From Chrysomallon squamiferum (taxonomy: Eukaryota; Animalia; Mollusca), in the NCBI GenBank assembly GCA_012295275.1, contig CM022665.1:45632001-45696000 (forward strand): 64,000 nucleotides of DNA. The letters run 5' to 3'. Numbering within the stretch: position 1 is the first letter of the stretch; each line of letters starts with the position of its first letter. Made by a program: the position numbers and the translations under genes. The notes beneath the pieces were generated by a model, which ran no database searches, was not told the origin of the DNA, and saw only the letters and a program-made list of their open reading frames with translations. Of the stretch, positions 39,949-53,292 are shown one piece after another.

Positions 39949-41415
39949 TTTCCACTGGAAAGATGCGCACAGACTCTAACTGCAGTCAATCTCGGAGGCA
40001 CAGTTTTCAAATAACTGTAAACTGGGCGAATCACGAGACTAAATGTAAGGTTATAGAGAAAACTCCGAGTTTATATAGAGACAGAGTACGTTTATTAATT
40101 ACCATCCATTTTAGGTTCCATTATTAATATTTTTTTCTGATTCTTCCTCTTGTATTTTTATTTATACCTATTTATCTTCTTTTAATATATATATATATAT
40201 ATATAAATATTAGGAGTAAGGTAAACACGATTTAGAGTAAAAAAAATGGTAGAGCTTGTAAAACACAACAGTGCGGACATTATTATAAATTTACATGATG
40301 GAACGTTTATTCCTGTTGAATAAGCAGAAGACATTATAATTAATTTTTGTGAAATAATTAATTACAGAAGATATAAATTTAAAAAAATAAACAAAAACAA
40401 AAGCCAACAACGAAGGCTTTTTCCTCTACAACATGATGAGAAATTACGTAATACAGAATACACGAGGAAATGGGTGCAAATGTCACAGGTATTCACGGAT
40501 CTTTTCATTCAAAGTTATGGAAATGTCAAACGCTACTACTGCTGTATCAGAATTTGTATTAAGTCATTGCCATATTATATATGTATGACATCCATTCCAT
40601 ATGTGTGTGTGTGTGTGTGAATTATTTTTGGGCTATTAATTATTATTATTATTATTATTATTATTAGTAGTAGTAGTAGTAGTAGTAGCAGTAGTAGTAG
40701 TAGTAGTAGTAGTAATAGTAGTAGTAGCAGTAGTAGTAGTAGTAGCAGTAGTAGTAGTAGTATTGCTATTACCATTATTAATGTATATTTAAATTTTTGA
40801 AAAGTTATTAGCACAGTTATTATTTATCACTCGTGTCTTTGTGTCCTTCTGTTCCGTTTATTTTTCTGTGGTCACTTATGTTAATTATTCTGCAATTCAA
40901 AACGTAAAGGTCAAAGTAATTACTAAGAGTAAAACTAAATAATAATCCACCCAAAAACAAAGATAAAAGAACAAAACAAACACAAACAGACAAGTACTAG
41001 TAAAATCACAAAATATATTAATATTTTACAATGGTTATTCATTTATTGTAAATTGACTTCGAATTTAAATCATCCATCGTCTACATCTGCCAAGAAGAAA
41101 AACACAAAAACTAAATAATTCAAAAGATAATTAAAACACAAATCTTACATGAAACTTTTTTTTTGTTTTTTAAGGTGAGAAGCTTTTCAATTACTTTTAT
41201 AATATTAACAAAAAAAAACCATTAGTGAAAAAAATTAGTAAAAATGTACATTAAGAAATTAAAAGAAAGCAAATATACTTTGGAATATCAGTTCATGTTT
41301 TTACAATAACGAAACCATTAGATTTTAATTATTTATTTATGGAATGTTTTATATATGTGAAGTTTTAACTCTGCCTTTCAGTCTAGCGTACACCTCAGTG
41401 TGGACTTGTCTCAAG

Positions 41416-42575
41416 ATGAATTTTCCTTTCGCGTTTTCTCTTTCCCACGTTTCTGTCTTTCTCCTTCTCACTGTCATCTTCTTTCAAATAGGAGAAGGAG
41501 AAAATGTCTGCCTTGCTGAGTCGTCCAAGTTCTTTCGGATTCGTTGCTTTTCTGACTTGCGCCAATGGAATTTCGATCTGTACGACATCAAACTATAAAA
41601 TGCATCCATTGACTGCTCCAGCTGGTGTTCAGCAGACGATAATTGTAGTTTCGTTTTCTTCGATACCCGATGCAGAACGTGCGCGATTTATCGTCTGAAA
41701 CAGACCAGAAAATTCATTTATACACAGAAACCTTTCCTGGTTTATCGTGCAGAAGGTAAGTTTATTCATTATCGTTGTTTTTGTTGTTTACCTCTACTTC
41801 CACTACTGCCAGAATAACGAGTAATACAACTAAGAAGATATATATATATATATTTTAAAATCTCTTATTGTTTTAACTCTGTTCTATAATTAAAAGCCTT
41901 AAGTAAGCTTATTTTGGTTTCTTCTGCTCCTTTGAGCAATTCTACTCGTGGCCACTACTGGAATATTTCTATTCTAACCGGTATCCAAAGAGTTTTTTTT
42001 TTTTTTTTTTTTTTCATCATTATCATCATCTTGATGACCAAAGTATCAGGAACATTCCTTCCTGTCTTTGGAAAGAGACATATACAAAATCAGTAATCGA
42101 AAATCCGGTTTCCTCCGCCATTATGTTTATGAGGTGAACCACCTAAATGACGAAACACCTTGGTCCTAAAAAGGATTGCGAAAAGAAAATGAATGAAAAT
42201 GGATGGGTTTTACGTCGCTGATAGTAAAAAATATTTCTTGACTCTGTTTCAAACGACTGCGATGTTGTTCCGGAACCCGAGTGCTATCTCTCCGGTAACG
42301 GCCGAAAAGGGTACTCAGGAAGAAAAACGACGACGATTTTTGGAATCACGTGTCAGAGATGGGACCTGCAGAGTCCCCACGGTCACGATTACACAGAGCC
42401 ATGGAGATACCCAGAAGGCAGTGAGACTGATGCCGAAAATTTCTGTCGAGACCCTGGAAACGACTTGGTGTTGGTGTCAATGAAAGACAGTCCTAGATAC
42501 GAGAAGTGTGGAATTCCTGAATGTCCAGTGTTACTGCTGTTTGAAACGTTTTTTGTTTGTCGTATTGTGTGATCT
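41416..42575 (+). pseudogene. PAN-kringle pseudogene, copy 13 (subtype C)
   Basis: Exon1 41416-41755 has an in-frame TAA at 41596-41598. The kringle acceptor is mutated AG>AA (~42251-42252), the AWCY motif is destroyed and the stop codon is lost. Confidence 0.85.
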
Positions 42576-43215
42576 GTCACATAATTATTCAGTAACACTG
42601 GTTTGAAGTTCGCCTAGAGTCATAACAGATTTCAGTTTCGGAACACTGAAGCCTGTCACCCTCTTTCTCCAAATGTTTGGTTATAAAGCACAGACAGCCT
42701 GGATGGGTTGTTTGTAATGGAAATGGTGAAAGTCGTTTGAAAATCTAGAATATGGACTAAAAATATTCCTGGTTAATCAATGATCCTTTATATAAACATC
42801 TAAATATGATGTTTCTAGTTTTCGTATTGCGGACGACAGATTTCAGACATCTGTAACAAAGTGGAAAGAATAATTCTTTACTCTTAAACTGAAAACATAT
42901 TTGACGTTTGTTGCCATTAATAATAATTTCATTTTATAAATTAATATTTAACATTTACACTCAACTCTAAAACTTGATGCATAATGTGCAAAGCCTTCGA
43001 TGTCCATATTGGAAAATGTTTTATTTATTTATTTATTTATTTAATTTTATGTTGATTATACAGCACAGAGAGAGAGAGAGAGTCTTTTACAATCATGCAA
43101 ATTTATTTCTAAATTCAAGATGTACGTCTCAATAATTTGAGTAAATACTTAGAAATGAAGAAAAACAAATGTGAGCATGTTATGCAAAGCCTTCAATGTA
43201 TATGTTCGAAAATGT

Positions 43216-43266
<51 letters not shown>

Positions 43267-43354
43267 TTCTTTTTTTTTCTTTTTCCTTTAGTCGTCTGAC
43301 TCTGGCAGTTAAGAACTACATGTCAAACACAAAGTCCACTTGCAACAGCTACAT

Positions 43355-43730
43355 AAATATGTGACGTTATTCTTATTCTATATAAATATATTTTATGAAT
43401 GTTGTAAACACTGTTATACAAAATATGTGACGTTATTTTAATTCAGTATAAAAATATTTTCATGAATGTTTTTGTAAACACTGTTATACAAAATACGTGA
43501 CGTTATTTTAATTCTATATAAATATATTTTATGAATATATTCAAAATGTGTGACGTTATTTTAAAACAAATATGTTTTACAAAATATGTGACGTTATTTT
43601 ACAAAATTCTATATAATTTTATTCTATATAAATATATTCATGTGTTTTTGTAAACACTGTTATACAAAATACGTGACGTTATTTTAATTCTATACAAATA
43701 TATTTTATGAACGTTGTAAACACTGTGACA
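43355..43730. repeat. Imperfect ~65-70-bp minisatellite, ~5 copies
   Basis: aaata(t/c)gtgacgttattttaattctatataaatatattttatgaatgtt..gtaaacactgttatac repeated. Confidence 0.85.
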
Positions 43731-44139
43731 CACGCTAAGATATGTCAGATTTTGGTCTGACCAATATGTGATCCTTCGCTCGATTTTTATTTTCTTTACT
43801 GTTACTGCACACATTTCAGATAACTGAACTGACATGCGGACACTGTTAGAAAATCCGAAAGATGATTCCAATCTGACATATTGCAATTCAGCATTGGTCT
43901 GTGCGCCTATCTTTCAACTCTTTGGTCTTTAAGCCATTGTCTTTTCTGCGCCATGTCTCCGAAGTTGTTCACGTAAATCAACTGAATTGTGGTGTCATTG
44001 CATGTATGTAACAGGAGGACTGCCACTTTTACAGCTCGTCTTTTTTTTTCTTCTTCTTCTTTTTTTTTTTTTTTTTTTTTTCCAACAACGAAATATGAAA
44101 AACAATGACTATGAAAGTAATTAAGATTAAGATTGCTAG

Positions 44140-44390
44140 TTCACCATTCCGGAACGACTTTGTTTTAAAATTTGCCTTATCGGAGGTGGGAAGAACAGAC
44201 TCCCCTATCTCACAGTTTAAAAAAAAAAAAAAAAATAAAAAAAAAACTTATTATCCAGAAAACAGTCTGTCTGCTGTAGACAGTTTCTGACGTAATCCAG
44301 ACAGAAAAACCTTCTGTTTGTTGTTACACGAACGTTAGGTTTGGTGTCATGTGGAATTCCCGAGTGTCGCAAAATAAACACAACCTGAAA
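44140..44390 (+). pseudogene. Degenerate kringle exon remnant, copy 14 (subtype B-like)
   Basis: Residual ccagaaaacagtctgtctgctgtaga...cgtaatccagacaga...tgtggaattcccgagtgt. The 3' flank and the upstream 43040-43150 match copy 10. No PAN exon. Confidence 0.7.
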
Positions 44391-44449
44391 TATTACCGCG
44401 AAATGTTTGTTTATTAACTGGAGACAAGCAGCCAGAAAATACATCAATT

Positions 44450-44496
<47 letters not shown>

Positions 44497-45141
44497 TTGT
44501 TTGTTTGTTTGTTTTTGCTCACTGTCTCTTTCCCAGTTGAAATATACTAATGTCTTTAATAAAAATATCTTTATGTACAGAACTTGTGTTTTGCTTATTT
44601 TTTCAAAAAACTCACGGTTTTGTATTTTTTTTTTTTTTTATATTTGTTTTTTGGTTATCAACTAGGAAAAAAAACAAAAAAACAGTAGGGAACAAGTCAC
44701 AAAACGAAATCAATGCCAGCTTGGAAAATAAAATTTGTTTTCAACACTAAAACGTTAATGACGTATTCACGTGTACACATTATATACATCTAACTGAACA
44801 TTTTTCCTAGTCATTAAAAGCAGTATTCAAAATAGATAACATATTTATACCAAACCCAAATACTGCCGAGTCATCGCATTCTCAGTCTGTCAGGTTTGTT
44901 GACGTCCATAATTTGTGAATCTCGGAAACATGATATATTTAACAAGCCGCTGTGTTCTTGGTATCGTTTTAGCTATTCTTTATTATAAGTAAAGACTGAT
45001 TGCTATAAATTGGCTTCGGCGTGAAACTTAAAAGGTTTGTTTGACGTTAAAGAACGTTCGTGGTATTTAGTGATTCTTTATTAGCAGCAAACACTGGTTT
45101 CTACTGACGTATAAAACTTAACAGTTTGTTTTTCTCTGCAG

Positions 45142-45299
45142 TTTCGACTCCGCCTGATCAACAAAAGTGTGGCGTGGGACCAGGTCCTGTCCTCGGTTTG
45201 AACGGTGAGGAGATCGAGTGCGGATGGGACCCGGCTGTTTGTCCGGATTCCACGTCCTGTACCAACGATCTGACAGGGAAGTTTGTTGTGTGTTGCTGA
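45142..45299 (+). pseudogene. Orphan last exon (Lustrin-type repeat) of a third Cys-rich gene copy
   Basis: ctgcAG followed by VSTPPDQQKCGVGPGPVLGLNGEEIECGWDPAVCPDSTSCTNDLTGKFVVCC*, nearly identical to 11169-11325; exons 1-3 were not found upstream. Confidence 0.75.
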
Positions 45300-45591
45300 A
45301 CCGCGTTTTAAAAAAATACTCACTGGATATTTTGGGTGCTGGAAAATCTTGTTAAAGCATCAGATCTAATGGAGTCTTGAAATGCTTTCGTTTACTTTTA
45401 TTTATTTTTTATTTTCTTTATTTGTCTTTTTTTTTTTTTTTTTTTTTTTTTAAGGTAAAACAGTTTGCCGTGTGTTGTTGTGCTGGCTTCTAACTGCAAC
45501 CAGTGTTTATGAAATAAAGAAACTCTTTCGTTTACGTTCCTTCTTTTTCTTTTCTTGATTTATTATTATTATTATTATTATTATTAATACA

Positions 45592-45682
<91 letters not shown>

Positions 45683-47005
45683 ATTATTATTATTATTATT
45701 ATTGTTATTATTATTGTTATTGTTATAGGCTTGAGTTTGATTTGCGAATATCTTAGCAACTGTAGATTTTTACGTTTTCACGGTCTAAGTAATTCAGTAA
45801 TATAATTCTAGTAACTTACAAGATTAAACTGTTATTGTAAAAGGTTTGCAAAATGATACCCTTTGCTTAACAGGCGCTTATTCTTAAGAAAGATCTTTAA
45901 AGAAAAATCGTTGAATTTATCATTTAACTTTATATACCAATCGTTCAAAAAAACAACTTTTTTTTACATATTTAGAATTGTAGCAATCTACATAATTGAA
46001 TTAGTAGATTTAGATTTGCGAAATAAATCTGGAATTTGCATATGTATAGGCCTTCAAAAATATAATAACTAGTTTAATGTGTAAGATTCCGATTTTTAAA
46101 AAATTATTATTAAAAAAAAGAGGAAACAAGATTTATGAATGTCTCAAATAATTAATAAATAAATAAACGTTCTTTCATAAAGTAAAAAAAAAATACTGTT
46201 GTTGATATAACCATCATCATCATCATTATTATTATTACTGTAGTTTGCATGACTGCTAAGTTAACATTTAAAATAACTTTGTAAATAACTAACACGTATC
46301 ATAATTAAACACATTGAATATATCTGTATAACGATTACATCTGACAGCGGAAAAATGGTATGTTCCCAAAACTGGCAGTCTCCAGATTAAGGTAAGCGAT
46401 GAGGTGTTCTAATCCGCTTCCAGAAATGGGAAAACTGGCGTGAGTAATTAAGGCCAATATAAGACGCATGGGGATAACGAGATGTGTGAAGAAGAACAGA
46501 TGGGGCGATTAACGAGATTAACCTTAATGAGCAGTGAAAAAAATGTATGTTTCTGCTTGGACGTACAAGCAACTAAGTATATTTCTCACTGTAGTTTGAA
46601 AAGCCGGTTTTGAATCACAAACTGCAACTTGAAACAGCCTAGTTAAGAACAGAAGCAAAATGATGCAGTGGGTTACACTTTCTGTCACTCAGTCAACCTT
46701 CCAGTTCTTATGAAATACTAATAGATATGTCCTAATGTTAAACATTTTTTTTTATGAACTATAAGAAATAACTCATAACTAAATATTATAATGACAGTAT
46801 TATCATCAATAACAGTTTACAAATAAAACTTTATTTTTTAAATCAAAGTGTTCATTTAATATATATATATATATATATATAAAACAGATGACAATCATGT
46901 AAAATACGTTATCAGAAATAATCTATAAACTATGGAAACTCCTATCTGCCATACCATCACGCTTTATTCACTGGATATAAAAACAAAATAACAGTAAAAT
47001 AACAG

Positions 47006-47072
<67 letters not shown>

Positions 47073-47142
47073 TCTGTATATAAGAGTCACGTCACACAGA
47101 CTTTGTATGTAGTCTTTTTTCTCAGTGAATGCATTTGTCACT

Positions 47143-47530
47143 TTAATCTTCGAGTCTGAAAATCCTGTAGAGCCAGTCAAGCCGTCTGGCTGGTCTCATG
47201 CACATCTTCCCACATTTCCCGGCTTTACAGCACACCCAGTTCCCGCTGCAGTCCCTGTTACTACGACACGGACGTCCGCAACGTCTGGAGTTCATCTTCC
47301 AGCGGGGTATGACGGGACACCGACCTTTGACCGGGACGACCTTTGTGCACTGCCGCGGGCAGCTTCCGCAGCAACGCTCGTTCAGGCCGCAGTCGTTGTC
47401 GCTCCAGCAGCGAACGACGCAAGGGCCGACAACTCCGGGTTTCGGTGGTGGGCAAGCTCCGGTCGGTCGCTTACGTTCTAAACAAAAAACAGGAATTATT
47501 AGTTATTTATTTTGTTATTACTACTACTAC

Positions 47531-47581
<51 letters not shown>

Positions 47582-47843
47582 TAGTAGTAGTAACAATACT
47601 ACTACTGCTACTATTACTACTATTATTATTATTAGTATTATGGTAATCATCAGTAGTAGTAGTTAGTAGTAATAGTAGTAGTAGTAGTTGTAGTAGTAAT
47701 AGTAGTAGTAGTAGTAGTTGTCGTAGTAATAGTAGTAGTAATAGTGGTAATAATTTGACAACGCAGCCAGCAATTATAGATAAGGACAGGACAAAAATAT
47801 TTACTTTAAGCCGAAGATGAATTATATATATTAAATAATAACA

Positions 47844-47879
<36 letters not shown>

Positions 47880-48069
47880 GTGAAAATAATAATTATAATA
47901 ATAGTGTCAGTAATAATAATAATAGTGACAATAATAATAATAAATAATAATAATAATAATCATAGGTGACAAACAATTTACTTTAAGGCTGAAATGAATA
48001 ATAATAATAATAATAGTGACAATAATAATTAATAATAATAATAATAATAATGTGACAAACAATAACAAC

Positions 48070-48107
<38 letters not shown>

Positions 48108-49438
48108 TAGGATTAAATGCAATATGTTCGTTACGTTCCGAACGTGCAATATTAAAATGTTTTGACGTAATGCAGTGGAAACCGTCAAACATTTTAAAAG
48201 TACAGGTCAGACGACTCGGCTGTAAAGTAAAACTAATGAATTAAGAGCAGAGTGGGTCTTTAACTGACTGCAAGGTTGTTTCCGTGTGCAAAATGCCAGA
48301 AACTTTGCCCGAGGACATGCATTTGTTTTATAGCTCTTTGGTGGTTTTTTTTTTTTTTTTTTTCCATTGTTTTGTTTATTTATTGCGTCTTCATTTTAAA
48401 TAACGTTTTTTTTCTTCATTTTTTTTTTTTTTTGTTGCCTATGCCTATTTTGTGAATTATTATTATTATTATTATTATTATTATTGTTGTTGTTATTGTT
48501 GTTGTTGTTGTTGTTGTTGTTATTGTTGTTATTCTTATTGTTGTTATTGTTGTTGTTATTGTTGTTGTTATTATTGTTGTTAATGTTGTTATATTGTTAT
48601 TATTATTGTTGTTGTTGTTATTGTTGTTACTGTTTTTGTTATTGTTACTGCTAGTAGTACTACTATTTATACCATTACTACTACAACAACTACTATTGTT
48701 ACTACTACTATGCCTACTACTACTACTACTACTACTACAATAACAACTACTACCACACCAACAAAAAAAATAATCAACAATCTCCGACGACTGAACAATC
48801 TCTAATCCAGTAGTAATTAATACGCCGTCCTGTAAACAATGGACGTCTGTATTCAATCGTGACTTCTACCTTCACAAACGCAGACAGGATTCCGGGAAGT
48901 AAAATTTAAATTTAAAATGAACAAAAAAAAACTTACTGACACACACGGGCATAGCATCAGGACACGGTGCTCTGATGCACTGGGGTCGCACCACCTTGCA
49001 TATGTAGCCACGCCTACAGGGATAGTTCTGAAGTAAATAAATGAATGAGTTAGTTCGTTAGTACAGTTACGGAGAATTTATTATAAATAAAATAAATAAA
49101 TAAATAAATAAATAAAATAGTTATGTAAGTTGTTTTTTTTGTAAATAAATAAATAAATAAACAAATATTTATAAACTCAATTTGTTTAATTTTTTATTAT
49201 ATTATTATTAAAAATTAAAATAAAAATAAAAAAATAAAAAAAAATAAATAAAATAGATATAGTTTTTGTTTGTAAATAAATAAGTAAAAATAATACTAAG
49301 TAATTAATAAGGAAATGAATTAATAAATGTAAATAAATAAATAAATAAATAAACAAATAATTATAAACTCAAATTTTTTGGAATCTTATTATTATTATTA
49401 TTATTATTTATTATTATTATTATATTATTATTATCATT

Positions 49439-49469
<31 letters not shown>

Positions 49470-49500
49470 TTATTATTATTATCATTATTATTATTATTTT

Positions 49501-49533
<33 letters not shown>

Positions 49534-49538
49534 TATTA

Positions 49539-49597
<59 letters not shown>

Positions 49598-50301
49598 TCT
49601 TCTACATATATTTGATTTTGTTTGTCTGATAAAACAACAACTTTAAAATAAATAAAACAGATTCAGGCTATTTTTAATCCTGTTATATGTTCATTTCAAC
49701 ATGCGGCAAGCCAAACCAGCAGCTGGAAGTGTACACAGGATACACTGATACATCACATAAGATACACTTTTCAAATAAGTCGTACTCACTTACCCAGCAA
49801 AGGTCTTTTCTGGGCGGGGCTACCGCCTTCACAGACTGCACGGTCAGCATCAACAGAGCACACGTGACCTGCAACAAAAATATTCCGCGTAAATTAGTAG
49901 TATATTTTTATTTATTTACTTTTATGTCATTTGTGCTAGATAATTCTTTTTTTTTATTATTCATTCCAAAAATAATATTTAATAAGTAGAATATTTAATA
50001 AAGAAAGAAAAAAAATGTTAGGAACGAAGTAGTAGTTGTACTTTAACAGTAATGATAGCTGCAGTAACAGTCGTAGTAAAGTGATAGTAATAATAGTAGT
50101 AGAAGGTGGAGTAATAGTAATATAGGAATAATAGCTGCATTGTATCACTATTAATAGTGGTAACAATAGTTGTATTAGCAATAATAATGATACTAGAAGT
50201 CCTAGTATTAGTAATGATGGTTGAATGATTTTAGCAATGAAAGAGTAAAAGCTAACAGTAGTACTAGTAAAAGTGGTACTTCTCACAGTAGTTGCAGTAA
50301 C

Positions 50302-50375
<74 letters not shown>

Positions 50376-50595
50376 TAATAATAATAATAATAATGATGAT
50401 AATAATAATAATAATAATATAATAACAATGATTATAATGATAATGATAACAATAGTAGTAATAATAATGATAATAATAATGATAGTAGTAGTAGTAGTAG
50501 CAGTAGTAGCCGTAATAGTAGTAACAACAGCAATACAGTGATTTTGTGAAAATTAAACTTACTAGAATCATCGTGAAGGGTAAAGAATTGAACAT
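47143..50595 (-). CDS. Secreted cationic double-WAP (four-disulfide core) protein, WAP gene 1 (177 aa)
   Basis: Exons 50595-50563, 49868-49794, 49027-48937, 47477-47143 (phases 0,0,1). Protein MFNSLPFTMILVTCALLMLTVQSVKAVAPPRKDLCWNYPCRRGYICKVVRPQCIRAPCPDAMPVCVKRKRPTGACPPPKPGVVGPCVVRCWSDNDCGLNERCCGSCPRQCTKVVPVKGRCPVIPRWKMNSRRCGRPCRSNRDCSGNWVCCKAGKCGKMCMRPARRLDWLYRIFRLED, with two 8-Cys WAP motifs. Confidence 0.87.
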
Positions 50596-52133
50596 CTCAC
50601 GCACAAACCGCTACCACGACGTAGATTTGTAATACAGAATGTCTGTATATAGATGTGTGTCTCTGTGTGTGTATATGTGTGTATAAATATATATATATAT
50701 ACATAACCTGCGTTCATGTTACAAGTGTAAAAAATACAAATATTTGTGTTTTGTGTCTGTCAAACTCGCTCATGACAACCAAAAACGGGCAGAAACGTCA
50801 CAAAGACAATCCAGGCGTTCCTGTCACAAACTGGTCGCGTCAAAATGGCGCCTAAGGCTGACGTATTGATATAAATTTGGCTCGCTCGTTTATCAAGCAT
50901 TTAACTCAAGACGATTTTATTGTTGAAAAAAAAAAAAAGAATAATAATAAAAAAAAAAATAAAATAAACTACGTGCCTTTCAAGGATAAAGAAACTAGTG
51001 TGCGTAATAATACAGTATGTTGATGTGTTGATGTTTTTGCCGTGTCCTGTTTTCGTTTCATCTTTGAAAATGTCCCGTTTCAGTTTGTGTTTTTTTTTTT
51101 TTTTTTTTTTTTGTTAATACAATGTAAATAAAAATCGTTTTAGTTTATCAGTAGCAGTAGTTGATGGAGGACAGAACAGTGGGTTTTCACAAACACACAC
51201 ACACACATATAGACACACACAAACACACATACACACATACAAATACACAGAAAAACACACGCGCATGTATATATTTGTTCTTACATCATAAATGTGATCG
51301 CTAGATTTATGCAGAAAACAGGATAATAGAATATGGGTCATTCATTTTAAGTCATCTTAATAAATCTACACAGATATATGGATACATACATACATACATA
51401 CTTACATACATATACACACACATATATACACATATATACACACAAACAGATATATATTAAAAATAAAATGTTAAGTATTTATATTAAAACATGTTGAACA
51501 ATCATCAACTAATTTTTTATTATTATTATTATCATCATTATTATTATTATTATTTTCATTATCATCATTATATTAATTATTATGTATATACATAATTTAG
51601 ATATACATAATTTATCTTAATTAAACACTGCAAAATAAAATTATTTAACGAAACTTTAACATTTTTAACACACACACACACACACAGACACACACACACA
51701 CAAACACATGGATACATACACACACACACACACACAGATAGATACACACACATATATATACACACACAGACAGACAGACAGACAAAGGAAGAGAGCGTGC
51801 GTGAGTGGTGTATTTCAGTAACAATAAAATAACATATTTGTACACATGTCGGTTTGACAGCACGTTGAATATTATGAATGTCTAACACGTACATATGCGT
51901 CTTTTCTGACAGTTGTTATAATGCGTTTTATCTAAAATGAAATAAAAGCTGTAATGACGCATTAAGTAAAAATAAAAAAAATATACCTCTCCGCAGTTTA
52001 CATACATTCGAGACACAGAGCTTAGGTTAGAACGGGAAATCCGTGTAGTAAAATCAACAGCGTCATTCTTTAATATTTGTATTATTTCTTAAACTATTAA
52101 ATTTATTCAAATATTTGCCCGTTCCAGCCAGTG

Positions 52134-52173
<40 letters not shown>

Positions 52174-52976
52174 TATTTACAGATAAAAATGATTATTTAT
52201 TTTATTTCACTTTACGAAAATTTACTTAAAAAAGGATTTGGTGACCGTTCTGTCTGCCTTTCCGTTTGTATGTAAAGAGGGTGTTTCTCTCTTGTTTTCG
52301 TATTTTATTATTTTTATTTATTTATTTACTTATTAATTAATTAATTAATTAATTAATTTTTTGTTTGTTTTTTGTTTGTTTATTTTATTTTTATTTGCTT
52401 ATTTGTTTATTTATTAATTTATTACAATTTGTTTATTTATTAAAATATAAATCGCGTTATTTCGTACAATCATTAGATCGGATTTGCAATGTTGAAACAT
52501 ATGTACAGTTTTCTTGAGTACCATCAAATAACCAACAGTCATTCCAGAATATCTAAAAAACCGTATTTACCCGTGTATAAGCTATGCTTTTCCCCCATTA
52601 TATTCAATATGTGAATTATATTTCTTTAAATCAAGTGAATTATATTTATTTTAAACGTTATGTATATAGTTTTTATTTATATGAATATCTGATATTAATT
52701 CGTTTTAATATGTCGTCAAATCTCTCAGTGTATTTATTATTTTATTTATTACTTTATGTATTATTTTTCAGACGTTGTTTTTATCATTTTATTTATAACT
52801 GTAGTTATCACTACGTCTCTACTTTGATTATTGTTTACGTTTTAATTTTTTTTTAATACATTTTAAGATTTTTTCTTTAATTAATTAATTTATTTATTAT
52901 TTATTATTATTATTATTATATTTTTTTTAAATCTCGGAATGTATCTGTAGTCAATCAATATTGGGTTATTATTCTC

Positions 52977-53060
<84 letters not shown>

Positions 53061-53292
53061 TACTATATTCATCAAAGTATTATTTCTTTTTTTATCTGTA
53101 CTAAACTGAAAATTTCGTTTAATCTTTTCTTCTCGAACCGACCATAAAAAAAATTCGTCATACATATAACTGTGAAAAAAAAAAAAAAAAAAAAAAACAA
53201 ACAAACAAACAACATTATGCTCGTAGATAATATTTTAAATTTATTTTCTTTTCACCGGGTTTTGTTCCTGTTCATATTTTGGTTCCTGGTCC

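Noticed and set aside
47125-47666. Plus-strand ORFs (118, 128 and 107 aa) over a GC-rich patch; likewise 60478-60861
   Set aside because: These are antisense shadows of the minus-strand WAP exons, which have proper splice sites and Cys patterns.
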